A stretch of 64,000 bases of DNA from an uncultured Gammaproteobacteria bacterium. GTDB taxonomy: Bacteria; Patescibacteriota; Patescibacteriia; 2-01-FULL-39-33. The stretch spans positions 109,393 through 173,392 of the forward strand of contig CAZEKG010000002.1 in assembly GCA_964512625.1 (NCBI GenBank). The letters are read 5' to 3'. Below are positions 18,554 through 28,050 of this stretch, piece after piece; the first letter of the stretch is position 1; every line of letters begins with the position of its first letter. The notes beneath the pieces are model-generated. The model was not told the origin of the DNA, made no database searches, and saw only the letters and a program-made list of their open reading frames with translations. Position numbers and translations under genes: made by a program.

Positions 18554-20605
18554 ATGGAGCCAACTCAAATCAAGCAAATTAGGAAAAGAGACGGAAGTAT
18601 TACTGACTTCGATCAAGATAAAATCACCCAAGCCCTTTTTAAATCATTAAAGGCGGCTGGTTTGGAAGACTTGGAGTTGGCTAAGCGGGTTTCTGATAAA
18701 GTTATTCAGGGACTTAATAATAAATTCCATCCTCGCTCTATTCCGGCGATTGAAGAAATCCAGGATCTTGTTGAAGAAACTTTGATTAAAGAAGACTTGG
18801 CTAAAGCGGCTAAATCATATATCATCTATCGCGAACAGCATGCCCGTTTAAGAGAAATTAAGGACATGATAAACTCCGATGATATTATCGAAGGCTATCT
18901 TAAGCAATTGGATTGGAGAGTGAAAGAGAACGCTAATATGGCTTATTCTCTCCAGGGATTAAATAACCACGTCGCTTCAGCTGTCAGCTCTCACTATTGG
19001 CTTAATAAGGTTTATCCGCCGGAAATAAGAGATGCTCATACTAACGGTAGCGTTCATATCCATGACCTGCAGCTCTTAGCTGTTTATTGCTGCGGTTGGG
19101 ATCTTCAAGCTCTTCTTAGGCTTGGTTTTGGAGGTGTGGATGGTAAAGTGACTAGCGGCCCAGCTAAACATTTCAGGGTGGCTTTGGGTCAAATTGTTAA
19201 TTTTTTTTATACGCTTCAAGGCGAGGCGGCTGGAGCCCAGGCTTTCGCTAACTTCGATACGCTCCTAGCTCCTTTTGTGAGGTATGACGGCTTAGATGAG
19301 AAGGCGGTTAAACAGGCGATGCAGGAGTTTATCTTTAATATGAATGTTCCGACTAGGGTCGGCTTCCAAACGCCTTTTACCAATTTAACTTTTGATTTAA
19401 CTTGTCCCGGAACTTTGGCTGACGATCATGTCTTGATTGGCGGTATTCCTCAGGCAGAGACCTATAAGGATTTTCAACATGAAATGGATGTTATTAATCG
19501 AGCTTTTGCCGAAGTTATGATGGCTGGCGATTCTAAGGGCCGAGTTTTTACTTTTCCTATTCCGACTTACAATATTTCCAAGGATTTTGATTGGGAGAAT
19601 AGGATTTTAGACCCGGTCTGGGAGATGACTTCTAAATACGGTATTCCTTATTTTGCCAATTTTATCAATAGCGACATGAAAGCCGAAGACGCGAGAAGTA
19701 TGTGTTGTCGTTTAAGGTTAGATAATCGAGAATTAAGAAAGCGAGGCGGCGGTATTTTTGCGGCCAATCCATTAACTGGCTCGATTGGCGTGGTAACTAT
19801 AAATCTTCCGAGAATTGGTTATTTATCAAAGACCGAGGAAGCTTTCTTCAGCCGTCTTGGTCAGATCATGGATCTTTCTAGGTTAAGTTTGAAGCTGAAA
19901 CGAGAAGTTTTGGAAAGCTTTACTGAGCTCGGCTTATATCCTTATAGTAAATTTTATCTTAAAGACATTAAAGAAAGATTTGGAGAATATTGGAAAAATC
20001 ATTTTAATACTATTGGTATTAATGGCATGAACGAATGCGTGCTTAATTTTATGGGCCGTCCTTTAAGCACTGAAGAAGGTAGGGAGTTTGCTGTTAAGAT
20101 TATGGATTTCATGCTTAATCGCTTAGCTCAATATCAGGAAGAGGACAATCAGCTTTATAACCTTGAGGCGACTCCGGCGGAAGGAGCGACTTATCGCTTT
20201 GCTAAGAAAGATAAGGAGATAAATCCAGATATTATTGTTGCTAATGAAGAGTCTTATCAGGAAAAAGGAGCGGCGCCTTATTATACTAATTCAACTCATT
20301 TGCCAGTCGGCTATTCGACTGATATCTTTGAGGTTTTAGAAAATCAGGATATTTTACAGACTAAATATACCGGCGGAACCGTTATTCATGGCTTTATCGG
20401 TGAACAATTGCCAGATATCGAGAGTACTAAGAATTTAGTTAGAAAGATAGCCGAGAATTTCCGTTTACCTTATTATACTCTGACTCCAACTTTCTCCGTT
20501 TGCCCGAAGCATGGCTATTTATCAGGCGAGCATCATTTTTGCCCGCTCTGTGACGAAGAAATCGGCTTTATTAGGGAACAGGAAGATAAATTGCCTTTGA
20601 TTTAA
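18554..20605 (+). CDS. nrdD: Anaerobic ribonucleoside-triphosphate reductase (class III) NrdD: main body with an N-terminal ATP-cone, ending inside the C-terminal zinc ribbon.
   Basis: The N-terminus has an ATP-cone (KRDGSITDFDQDKITQAL). The catalytic core carries CCRLRLD and the ANPLTGSIGVVTINLPRIGY region. The C-terminus has CPKHGYLSGEHHFCPLC and then a stop. The glycyl-radical motif is not in this ORF. Confidence 0.8.
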   Translation: MEPTQIKQIRKRDGSITDFDQDKITQALFKSLKAAGLEDLELAKRVSDKVIQGLNNKFHPRSIPAIEEIQDLVEETLIKEDLAKAAKSYIIYREQHARLREIKDMINSDDIIEGYLKQLDWRVKENANMAYSLQGLNNHVASAVSSHYWLNKVYPPEIRDAHTNGSVHIHDLQLLAVYCCGWDLQALLRLGFGGVDGKVTSGPAKHFRVALGQIVNFFYTLQGEAAGAQAFANFDTLLAPFVRYDGLDEKAVKQAMQEFIFNMNVPTRVGFQTPFTNLTFDLTCPGTLADDHVLIGGIPQAETYKDFQHEMDVINRAFAEVMMAGDSKGRVFTFPIPTYNISKDFDWENRILDPVWEMTSKYGIPYFANFINSDMKAEDARSMCCRLRLDNRELRKRGGGIFAANPLTGSIGVVTINLPRIGYLSKTEEAFFSRLGQIMDLSRLSLKLKREVLESFTELGLYPYSKFYLKDIKERFGEYWKNHFNTIGINGMNECVLNFMGRPLSTEEGREFAVKIMDFMLNRLAQYQEEDNQLYNLEATPAEGATYRFAKKDKEINPDIIVANEESYQEKGAAPYYTNSTHLPVGYSTDIFEVLENQDILQTKYTGGTVIHGFIGEQLPDIESTKNLVRKIAENFRLPYYTLTPTFSVCPKHGYLSGEHHFCPLCDEEIGFIREQEDKLPLI

Positions 20606-20606
20606 T

Positions 20607-20792
20607 GTGCTTATTAATAACTCTAAATATATGATGGAAGGTGAAGTAAAATTAGAAAGACAGCCTTGCGAGGTTTATTCTCGCGTAGTCGGCTATCTTC
20701 GCCCAGTAGGGCAATGGAATCCTGGAAAACAGGCCGAGTATAAGGATAGGACGGCTTTTAGAGTAACCGTTGATACCGGCTGTGGCTGTTAA
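20607..20792 (+). CDS. nrdD: NrdD C-terminal glycyl-radical segment, encoded in a different frame directly after the nrdD stop. It is either a frameshifted or split gene, or a separately translated fragment.
   Basis: The segment carries PCEVYSRVVGYLRPVGQWNPGKQAEYKDR, the conserved NrdD glycyl-radical motif (RVxGY plus WNxGK). The ORF starts with GTG at 20607, 1 nt after the TAA of the main ORF, in the +1 frame. Confidence 0.6.
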   Translation: MLINNSKYMMEGEVKLERQPCEVYSRVVGYLRPVGQWNPGKQAEYKDRTAFRVTVDTGCGC

Positions 20793-20804
20793 TTTAGAAA
20801 TCTT

Positions 20805-21500
20805 ATGCTTATCGGAGGTTTGCAACCGGTAACTTTATTGGATTATCCCGAAAAAGTGGCAGCGATCATATTCACCGCAAGATGCAATATGCGCTGTCCT
20901 TTTTGTTATAATTCCAACTTAGTCTTACCGGAAAAAATAGAAAAAGTTGATTATTACAAGGAAGAAGATATTCTGAAGTTTTTTGATAAGCGAAAAAAAC
21001 TGCTTGACGGCGTAGTTATTACCGGAGGCGAACCAACCTTGCAAGCTGATTTAGGAGATTTTTGTTTAAAACTAAAGGAAATGGGTTATAAGATTAAGTT
21101 GGATACCAATGGTCTTTTGCCCGAGGTAGTAGAAAAGCTGATTTCAAAAGGGTTAATTGATTATATTGCTATGGATATTAAAGGTCCTCTTAGTCGCTAT
21201 AGCGAGATAACTAGGGTTGAGATAAATTCTGAATCGATTAAGAAAAGTGTTAAGTTGATTATGTCGAGTGGCTTAGGTTATGAGTTTAGGACGACTTTGG
21301 TTAAGGGGTTGCATGAATTGGAGGCAATGAAAGAGATTGGTGAGCTTATTAAGGGGGCTGATAAGTATTATCTCCAATCTTTTACGCCGGGACAAGGAAC
21401 GCTCGAGCCAGGCTTTAATGGGAGTTTTTTTACGGTAGTTGAAATGACTGAATTTAAGGAAATTACTGATAAATATGTAAAAGTATGCAAGATTAGGTAA
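20805..21500 (+). CDS. nrdG: Anaerobic ribonucleotide reductase activating protein (radical SAM)
   Basis: It has the NrdG-type N-terminus with a CxxxCxxC cluster (ARCNMRCPFCYN) and the GGEPT motif. It is adjacent to nrdD. Confidence 0.8.
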   Translation: MLIGGLQPVTLLDYPEKVAAIIFTARCNMRCPFCYNSNLVLPEKIEKVDYYKEEDILKFFDKRKKLLDGVVITGGEPTLQADLGDFCLKLKEMGYKIKLDTNGLLPEVVEKLISKGLIDYIAMDIKGPLSRYSEITRVEINSESIKKSVKLIMSSGLGYEFRTTLVKGLHELEAMKEIGELIKGADKYYLQSFTPGQGTLEPGFNGSFFTVVEMTEFKEITDKYVKVCKIR

Positions 21501-21540
21501 TTTTGATAAAATAAGGTAATAAAAGAGTAATTCTTTAAAT

Positions 21541-21885
21541 ATGGAAAACCAAGATTTCGAACAAAAAATAGAAGAAGGCATCCAATACGCCAAAGCCTCG
21601 GAACATCTAGTTCAAAAAGGTAACATCGAATTAAAATCATTGTTGGAAGAAAATCTTAAATTGACTAAAGAAAATCAAATTGATCTTAAAAAGATTCGGA
21701 AGTACATGTTTTGGCGGATGATTATTAGTATTATTTGGATTTTACTTATTATTATTCCTTTGGCGGCGGCGGTTTGGTTCTTACCTTCTTTCATTAAGGA
21801 TTCTTTATCAGGATACAGCTCATTGCTTAATGATGCTAAAAGCTCTAATGAACTAATAAATCAATTGAATAACCTTGTTAAATAG
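21541..21885 (+). CDS. Hypothetical tail-anchored membrane protein
   Basis: It has a coiled-coil N-terminal region and one TM helix (MFWRMIISIIWILLIIIPLAAAVWFL). No recognisable motif is present. Confidence 0.35.
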   Translation: MENQDFEQKIEEGIQYAKASEHLVQKGNIELKSLLEENLKLTKENQIDLKKIRKYMFWRMIISIIWILLIIIPLAAAVWFLPSFIKDSLSGYSSLLNDAKSSNELINQLNNLVK

Positions 21886-21894
21886 AATATTTAT

Positions 21895-22990
21895 ATGCAA
21901 GATCTTCTAAATAGGATAAAAAATCTTAAGGAGAAAATCTCCGACGCTTGGAGGTTACTTTGACCTTGATAAATCGATAAAAGAATTAAACAGTCTTGAA
22001 GCGGAAATATCTAGTCCGGATTTTTGGGCTGTTCCGGAAAAAGCTAAGATAGTCAGTCAAAAATACGAGGGATTAAAAAAAGAAATAACATCTTGGCAGG
22101 AAATTGAAAAAGAGGTTAATGAGCTTGAGGAATTGCTTAAGATTGTCGAGACTGAGGATGAAAAAACTTTTCAGGAAATAGAAAAAAAGCTTGACGAATC
22201 GGAAGCGAGCTTTAAAAAAATGGAGTTCGCTATATTATTCTCAGGTAAATATGATCAAGGAGGAGCGATTCTTGCGATTCATGCCGGAACCGGCGGGGTT
22301 GATGCTCAGGATTGGTCGCAAATTTTAATGAGGATGTATTTAAGATTTTGCGAAAGACATGATTTTTCAGCTAGTATCGTCGATAAGACTGATGGCGCGG
22401 AAGCAGGTATCAAAAGCGTTACTTTAGAAATTTCCGGTCGTTATGCTTATGGCTGGCTAAAATCGGAAAGCGGAGTCCATCGCTTAGTCCGCATTTCTCC
22501 TTTTGATGCCGAAAAGATGAGGCATACTTCTTTTGCCTTGGTTGAGGTTTTACCGGAAGTCGAAGAGGTTAAAGAGATTGAATTGAAAGACAGTGATTTA
22601 AAAATAGAAGTTTTTCGAGCTGGAGGCCATGGCGGGCAATCGGTTAATACAACTGATTCGGCTGTACGCTTAACTCACTTATCCACAGGTATAACCGTTA
22701 AATGCCAGAACGAAAGGTCCCAAGTCCAAAATAAGGCCATGGCTCTTAAAATCCTTAAGAGCCGTTTAGTCTCTTTTTATGAAGAAGTTGAGGAGGGTCG
22801 CATCAAAGAGCTTAAGGGCGACTATCAAAAGGCTCAGTGGGGCAATCAAGCTCGCTCTTATGTCATGCAACCGTATCAATTAGTTAAAGATCATCGGACA
22901 GATCATGAAACGGCCGATATTGAAAGGGTTTTAGACGGCGAAATTGATGATTTTGCCGAAGAGTATTTAAAGAAGGTGGTAAAAAAATAA
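21895..22990 (+). CDS. prfB: Peptide chain release factor 2 with a programmed +1 ribosomal frameshift (CTT TGA C at 21958-21964).
   Basis: ORF0 (MQDLLNRIKNLKEKISDAWRLL) ends at an in-frame TGA inside the motif tggAGGttaCTTTGAc; the SD-like GGAGG plus CUU UGA C is the classic RF2 autoregulatory site. The +1 frame continues DLDKSIKELNSLEAEI and joins the long ORF, which contains the GGQ motif (RAGGHGGQSVNTTDS). Confidence 0.85.
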
Positions 22991-23009
22991 TAGCAAGATA
23001 GGAGGGGAA

Positions 23010-24533
23010 TTGCTTTTAATCCAGTTGATTTTAATATTCAGGCGATTGGCTTTTTCAAAGAGTAAAAGCTTTCTAACGGCTTTGTTATTTTTTATTTCGG
23101 GAGTGGGGTTGGCCCGCTTTTTTGTTTTTAATCCGTTCATTATTTTTCTGATTTTCTTGTTTCTTAGTTCTCTTGTAGTTATATTTTTCAGTAAAAAAGA
23201 GTTAAGAATTTTTTTAATCATTTGTGCTTGCTTCTTTTTCGGTTTTTGGCGTTATCAGGTTTCGCTGCCTGATTTTAATGACCAGGAAAAAGTTTATGCT
23301 TATAATTTTTATTCCGCCATGATCGAAGGTCGAGTGGTTAATGTTGATAGGAGGATAAATCTCCAAAAACTGACTATTGAAACGGAGAAAATAAAACTTG
23401 GTAAAGAAAGTAAGAATGTTTCCGGGCTAGTTTTAGTCAATACTTCATTATTTCCCGAGGTCGAGTATGGTCGCTTGGTTAGATTTTCCTGTAAGCTGAA
23501 ACGACCGGAAAAGTTAGAGGATTTCGATTATGCGGCTTACTTATCTCGTTATGATATTTATATTACTTGTTATAGCGAAAGTCCGAGGTATTTTGATAAT
23601 AGTTTTTTAAGCTGGAGAGAAAGAAGTTATTTATTGATTTTAAAGTTTAGGAATCGCTTAGCTTCGGGTATTAGGCAATTTTTACCGGAACCACAGGCCT
23701 CGATTATGGAAGGGATGATCGTCGGCTTATCCCAAAATATTCCGGCTGAGACGAAAGATCTTTTTGCTCGGCTTGGCCTAACTCATATCATTGCCATTTC
23801 CGGCTCTCATATTACCCTTATTGCTTCGCTTTTAATGTCCTTAATGCTGTTTATCGGTTTTTCTCGGGGCGGCGCTTTTTGGTTTTCAATTGCCGGCATC
23901 TTTTTCTATACCATTCTAGTCGGCGCGCCGGCTTCAGCTCTTCGGGCGGCGGTTATGGGCGCAATCTTATTATTCGGGCAAAGAATTGGTCGGGTCAATA
24001 AATCCGGCCCAGCTATAGCTTTCGCTGGGGCTATCATGTTGCTATTTAATCCCAAGCTATTGATTTTCGATGTCGGTTTCCAATTATCTTTTCTAGCTGT
24101 TCTGGGGCTTATTTATCTTTATCCACTTATTTTAAAAAGCTTTGAAAAATGGCCTAACTGGCTTAATTTAAAAGATATGCTGGCGATGACTTTAGCGGCT
24201 CAAATAGCGACTTTGCCGCTTATTGTTTTTGTTTTCGGCCGGTTCAGTTTTTTATCGCTGCCCGCCAATATCTTAATTCTTCCAAGCTCGGCTTTTTTAA
24301 TGGTTTACGGTTTTATTTCAGCGCTTGTTGGCGCCTTGGTTCCATTTTTTAATTCTTTTATCGGTTATCCGAGTTATTTGGTTTTAAGTTATTGGTTGCT
24401 TGTTTCTAATCAACTGATTAAGTTGGACTATCTTAATTTTGATTTTAAGCCCGGAAGAATTGCGGTTTTAATTATCGGCTACGCTCTAATCCTATTTTGG
24501 CTGTATAATAAAAGAAAGAAAAGATATGAATAA
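23010..24533 (+). CDS. comEC: ComEC/Rec2-family DNA internalization channel: the membrane channel portion (DUF4131 plus the competence domain).
   Basis: It has ~10 TM helices and the conserved LTHIIAISGSHITLIASLLMSL motif of ComEC. The C-terminal MBL domain is missing from this ORF. Confidence 0.7.
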   Translation: MLLIQLILIFRRLAFSKSKSFLTALLFFISGVGLARFFVFNPFIIFLIFLFLSSLVVIFFSKKELRIFLIICACFFFGFWRYQVSLPDFNDQEKVYAYNFYSAMIEGRVVNVDRRINLQKLTIETEKIKLGKESKNVSGLVLVNTSLFPEVEYGRLVRFSCKLKRPEKLEDFDYAAYLSRYDIYITCYSESPRYFDNSFLSWRERSYLLILKFRNRLASGIRQFLPEPQASIMEGMIVGLSQNIPAETKDLFARLGLTHIIAISGSHITLIASLLMSLMLFIGFSRGGAFWFSIAGIFFYTILVGAPASALRAAVMGAILLFGQRIGRVNKSGPAIAFAGAIMLLFNPKLLIFDVGFQLSFLAVLGLIYLYPLILKSFEKWPNWLNLKDMLAMTLAAQIATLPLIVFVFGRFSFLSLPANILILPSSAFLMVYGFISALVGALVPFFNSFIGYPSYLVLSYWLLVSNQLIKLDYLNFDFKPGRIAVLIIGYALILFWLYNKRKKRYE

Positions 24534-25413
24534 AAGGCTGTTGATAATTTTATTAGGCTTAGTTTTTTTCGGTTTTTTCGCGGTATTGTTATCGCAGAAT
24601 TTTTTTTCATTTGATCATAAAAAAATAGGGCCGGCCGTTAAAGCTGATGATTGCAAGCTAAAAATAATCGTTCTTGATGTTGGTCAGGGCGACGCTATTC
24701 TTATCTTGACGCCCAGCGGAGAGAATATTCTTATCGATGCCGGCCCGGATAATAAAATCATTCAAAAACTAGGCCAGTACCTTAAATTTAATAAGGATAT
24801 CCGCTTATTGGTTTTAACCCATCCTCATAGCGATCATGTTTCCGGTATGTCAGAAGTTTTAAAAAGATATGAAGTCGATTCGGTTTTAATGACCGGAGTA
24901 ATTCATACGACTGCTGATTACTTATCTTTTTTAGACGAAGTAAAAAGCCGCAAGATCGAGGCTATAGCCGCTTCCAGTACCGCCGCCTTGCCTTTAATTA
25001 GGGATATTGACTTAAAGATACTTTATCCCGTAAGTAATTTAACGGGAGAGGGGATTGATAATTTAAATAACTCTTCTATTGTTTTGAAATTAGCTTATAT
25101 AAGCAGTACGGCTCTTTTTACCGGTGACTTCGAAAATGAAGAGAGTTTGCTTGGTCTGTATTCATCCTCAACTTTAAAATCGCAGCTTTTAAAAGTCGGC
25201 CATCATGGCTCAACCAACGCCAATAGCTGGGAATTTTTAAGAGCTGTTTCTCCGGAATTAGCAGCGATTCCTGTTGGTCTAGATAATAGTTATGGCCACC
25301 CCCATTTCCGAGTTCTTAATGAGCTTAAAAAAGCCGGAGCGGAAATTTTTCGGACTGATCAATTGGGGGACTTGATATTTTGCTCTAATGGGCAAGATTT
25401 TCGTAAGCTTTAG
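24526..25413 (+). CDS. Metallo-beta-lactamase-fold protein. It corresponds to the ComEC C-terminal MBL domain encoded as a separate ORF, overlapping the previous gene by 8 nt.
   Basis: It has an N-terminal TM/signal segment and the motifs LDVGQGDAILI, HPHSDHVSG and GHHGS, which are typical of the ComEC MBL nuclease-like domain. Confidence 0.7.
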   Translation: MNKRLLIILLGLVFFGFFAVLLSQNFFSFDHKKIGPAVKADDCKLKIIVLDVGQGDAILILTPSGENILIDAGPDNKIIQKLGQYLKFNKDIRLLVLTHPHSDHVSGMSEVLKRYEVDSVLMTGVIHTTADYLSFLDEVKSRKIEAIAASSTAALPLIRDIDLKILYPVSNLTGEGIDNLNNSSIVLKLAYISSTALFTGDFENEESLLGLYSSSTLKSQLLKVGHHGSTNANSWEFLRAVSPELAAIPVGLDNSYGHPHFRVLNELKKAGAEIFRTDQLGDLIFCSNGQDFRKL

Positions 25414-25472
25414 AGGTCTTGTCAGAAAGGGTCTGATTTGTTAGAATACCTTTGATTAATTAAATAAAAAAT

Positions 25473-25859
25473 ATGGAAGAATTGCCAAAAATCAAAGTTC
25501 TTTTAGTCGAAGATGATCAAATGATTATCGATATGTATAAAATGAGATTAGAGGAAGAGGGTTTCTTAGTTTTTACGACCGATAAAGGAAGTGAGGCGGT
25601 AAAAATCGCCCGCAAGGAAATGCCTGATATCGTCTTACTTGATATAATTTTACCCGAAATGGACGGTTTCAGTGTTTTAAGGGAATTAAAGCAAGAGCCG
25701 GAAACTTCGCTTATTCCGGTTGTTATGTTGACTAATCTTGGCCAAGAAGAGGATAAGGAAAAGGGCATGGCTCTTGGCGCAGCTGAATATTTCATTAAAG
25801 CTTGGAGCACGCCGGCCGATATTATTGATAAAGTAAGAAGCGTTTTAACAAATAAGTAA
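25473..25859 (+). CDS. Stand-alone CheY-like response regulator receiver domain
   Basis: The receiver motifs are KVLLVEDDQ, DIVLLDIILPEMDGF (the phospho-acceptor Asp) and a conserved Lys near the C-terminus. It is 128 aa with no output domain and no adjacent kinase. Confidence 0.7.
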   Translation: MEELPKIKVLLVEDDQMIIDMYKMRLEEEGFLVFTTDKGSEAVKIARKEMPDIVLLDIILPEMDGFSVLRELKQEPETSLIPVVMLTNLGQEEDKEKGMALGAAEYFIKAWSTPADIIDKVRSVLTNK

Positions 25860-25870
25860 TAAAAATAATT

Positions 25871-26371
25871 ATGCCTAGTACTATTGAAAAAACATTAGTT
25901 CTCTTGAAGCCGGATGCGGTTAAGAGGCAATTAACTGGAGAGATAATTTCCCGTTTTGAAAAAGTTGGAATGAAAATCGTCGCCATGAAGCTTGTTTGGG
26001 CTAGTAGTAATCAAGCCGGGGAGCATTACGGCGAAGATATTATTGAGCGAAGAGGTGAGAAGGTAAGAAATATGTTAATGGATTTCTTGGCTATCGGACC
26101 GGTTTTAGCTATGGTTATCGAAGGCGTGGAAGCGATTGAAAATGTCCGCATGATGGTCGGCGGAACGGAGCCGAAATCGGCTTTGCCTGGAACTATCCGA
26201 GGCGATTATTCCCATGTTAGCTATAAGCATGCTGATGAGACCGGTAAAGCGGTTGAAAACCTGATTCATGCTTCGTCCAATAAGGAAGACGCCGAAAGAG
26301 AAATACATATTTGGTTTTCTGAGAGCGAGATTTATGATTATAAGACAGTTCACGAAGCTCATACTTTGTAA
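25871..26371 (+). CDS. ndk: Nucleoside diphosphate kinase
   Basis: The motifs are TLVLLKPDAVKRQLTGEIISRFEKVGMKIVAMK and NLIHASS (the active-site His). It is slightly longer than typical Ndk because of an internal insertion. Confidence 0.85.
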   Translation: MPSTIEKTLVLLKPDAVKRQLTGEIISRFEKVGMKIVAMKLVWASSNQAGEHYGEDIIERRGEKVRNMLMDFLAIGPVLAMVIEGVEAIENVRMMVGGTEPKSALPGTIRGDYSHVSYKHADETGKAVENLIHASSNKEDAEREIHIWFSESEIYDYKTVHEAHTL

Positions 26372-26383
26372 TTTTTTATGACT

Positions 26384-26420
26384 AAAAACCCGCTTACTGA
26401 ATTAGTAAGCGGGTTTTTTA
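26384..26420 (+). terminator. Rho-independent terminator after ndk
   Basis: The hairpin is CCCGCTTACT-GAATT-AGTAAGCGGG (10-bp stem), followed by TTTTTT. Confidence 0.65.
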
Positions 26421-26746
26421 ATCGGTTTGATAAGTTAGGCTGCTTTACTGGCGGTTTTGATGCAAGTAGTACAAACTCTTATTTTTGCTCCGTCAATCTT
26501 CTTATTTTGCAAGTTGATTTTCTGAGTTCTCTTAGTCTTGTTTTTAGCGTGACTGACATTAAAGGAGGTTTTTGTTCCTCGGCCACAGATTTGGCATGAT
26601 TGAGACATAGTATAAAGTTTAAAATTTTAATAGCAAAATGAAAAATACTAATTTCATTTCTTTTTCCATACTGGGGGTAGTTTACAACATTTGCCAATAA
26701 AAGTCAATAATGTTATTGTATATAATATAAATCAATTAATTTTACT

Positions 26747-27379
26747 ATGCCTATAACTTGGCTTTTCCAGGAACCGCTTAATTTTCTTGTTTGGATTTTA
26801 GCGGTTATCGTCGCCTTAACTATCCATGAATTCGCACATGCTTATTCGGCCTATGCTTTTGGTGATGATACAGCTCGACGTTTCGGAAGAATAACTCTTA
26901 ATCCCTTAGCTCATCTTGATCCGATCGGCTTTATTATGCTGGTTTTTATTGGCTTCGGTTGGGCTAAGCCGGTTCAAATTGATCCCTTAAGATTGAAAAA
27001 TCCCAGAGTTTCCTCTGCTTTAGTCGCTTTAGCTGGTCCCTTGGCTAATTTACTCGGAATTATTGTTTTCGGCATAGCCTTAAAGATATTAGCTCCTATT
27101 CTCGGTCCAGCCAATCTTTTAGTCAATTTCCTCTTTATGTTAGTTGTAATTGACACTATTTTAATGATTTTTAATCTTATCCCCATACCTCCTTTAGATG
27201 GGTCCCATATCCTCTTTAGTCTTTTACCCGATCGATTTGATCGTTTCAAGGAACAATTGATGATTAATGGACCCTTTGTCCTTTTAGCCCTGATTCTGAT
27301 CGATAATTTTACTGGAATTTCCATTTTTGGTCGACTTTTTTCAGGTTTCCTTAATTTAATTACTCGTTTTTTGGGGTAA
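26747..27379 (+). CDS. Site-2 protease family / peptidase M50-like integral membrane Zn metalloprotease
   Basis: An HEFAHAYSAYAFGD HExxH motif sits inside the first TM region, and there are multiple TM helices. It has the COG1994-like architecture. Confidence 0.65.
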   Translation: MPITWLFQEPLNFLVWILAVIVALTIHEFAHAYSAYAFGDDTARRFGRITLNPLAHLDPIGFIMLVFIGFGWAKPVQIDPLRLKNPRVSSALVALAGPLANLLGIIVFGIALKILAPILGPANLLVNFLFMLVVIDTILMIFNLIPIPPLDGSHILFSLLPDRFDRFKEQLMINGPFVLLALILIDNFTGISIFGRLFSGFLNLITRFLG

Positions 27380-27402
27380 TTTGGGCTTTTTTTGTGATAT
27401 TC

Positions 27403-27431
27403 TTGACTTATTTTCGAGAATTGTTTAAAAT
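27403..27431 (+). promoter_or_regulatory. Putative sigma70 promoter of the str operon (rpsL-rpsG-fusA).
   Basis: The -35 element TTGACT is at 27403-27408. After a 17-nt spacer, the -10 element TAAAAT is at 27426-27431. Confidence 0.45.
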
Positions 27432-27541
27432 ATTACTTGTCTAATACATAATTCAATAAAAATTCCCAAAGAATTATCAAGCTAAAACCAAGCCATAATT
27501 TAATGGGATTCCCGAATTCGGGAATTTTTTAACTGCAAAAT

Positions 27542-27967
27542 ATGCCAACAATTAACCAGCTTCTGAAGAAAAACAGAAAATCAAAGAACGTAAAGTCAAA
27601 AACTCCGGATCTTCAAACTACTCTAGACAGCTTGCATCGCAAGAAAAGAACCATGTCTAAAGGCAATTCTTTTAAAAGAGGCGTTTGTTCCCAGGTTAGG
27701 ACTTCTACTCCTAAAAAACCTAACTCAGCTTTAAGAAAAATCGCCAGGGTCAGGCTTTCTAATGGTCAGGAAGTAACGGCTTATATCCCGGGCGTTGGTC
27801 ATAATTTACAGGAACACTCGATTGTTCTAGTTAGAGGCGGAAGAGTTAAAGATCTTCCAGGTGTCCGCTATCACATTGTCAGAGGCGTTTATGATTCAGC
27901 CGGCGTAACCGGAAGAAAGAAAGGCAGAAGTCTTTATGGCGTTAAGAAAGAAAAAGCCGCTAAATAA
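27542..27967 (+). CDS. rpsL: 30S ribosomal protein S12
   Basis: It has the PTINQL N-terminus and the conserved S12 C-terminal region ([32 protein letters not shown]). It carries a Lys/Ser-rich N-terminal extension. Confidence 0.9.
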   Translation: MPTINQLLKKNRKSKNVKSKTPDLQTTLDSLHRKKRTMSKGNSFKRGVCSQVRTSTPKKPNSALRKIARVRLSNGQEVTAYIPGVGHNLQEHSIVLVRGGRVKDLPGVRYHIVRGVYDSAGVTGRKKGRSLYGVKKEKAAK

Positions 27968-28050
27968 TTCAAGCAAGTTGTTATATTAAGAATTGCAGGT
28001 ATAACAATTTGATTTTTCAGAATATAACAAAACTATAAGAATATTATTTT

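Noticed and set aside
21958-21964. The in-frame TGA in prfB as evidence for an alternative genetic code (UGA=Gly) or a pseudogene
   Set aside because: The surrounding sequence is the canonical RF2 programmed frameshift site (GGAGG ... CUU UGA C), the +1 frame yields a full RF2, and all other long ORFs are consistent with the standard code.
26378-26599. 73-aa + strand ORF immediately after ndk
   Set aside because: It spans the ndk rho-independent terminator hairpin (CCCGCTTACT/AGTAAGCGGG plus T-run) and has no recognisable motif, so it is almost certainly non-coding.
26479-26697. 72-aa minus-strand ORF in the ndk-to-M50-protease spacer, considered as a possible small ribosomal protein (L28/L33/S21-like)
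   Set aside because: The sequence does not match any of those families by eye. It is AT-rich low-complexity and overlaps the plus-strand terminator region, so it is likely a spurious ORF.
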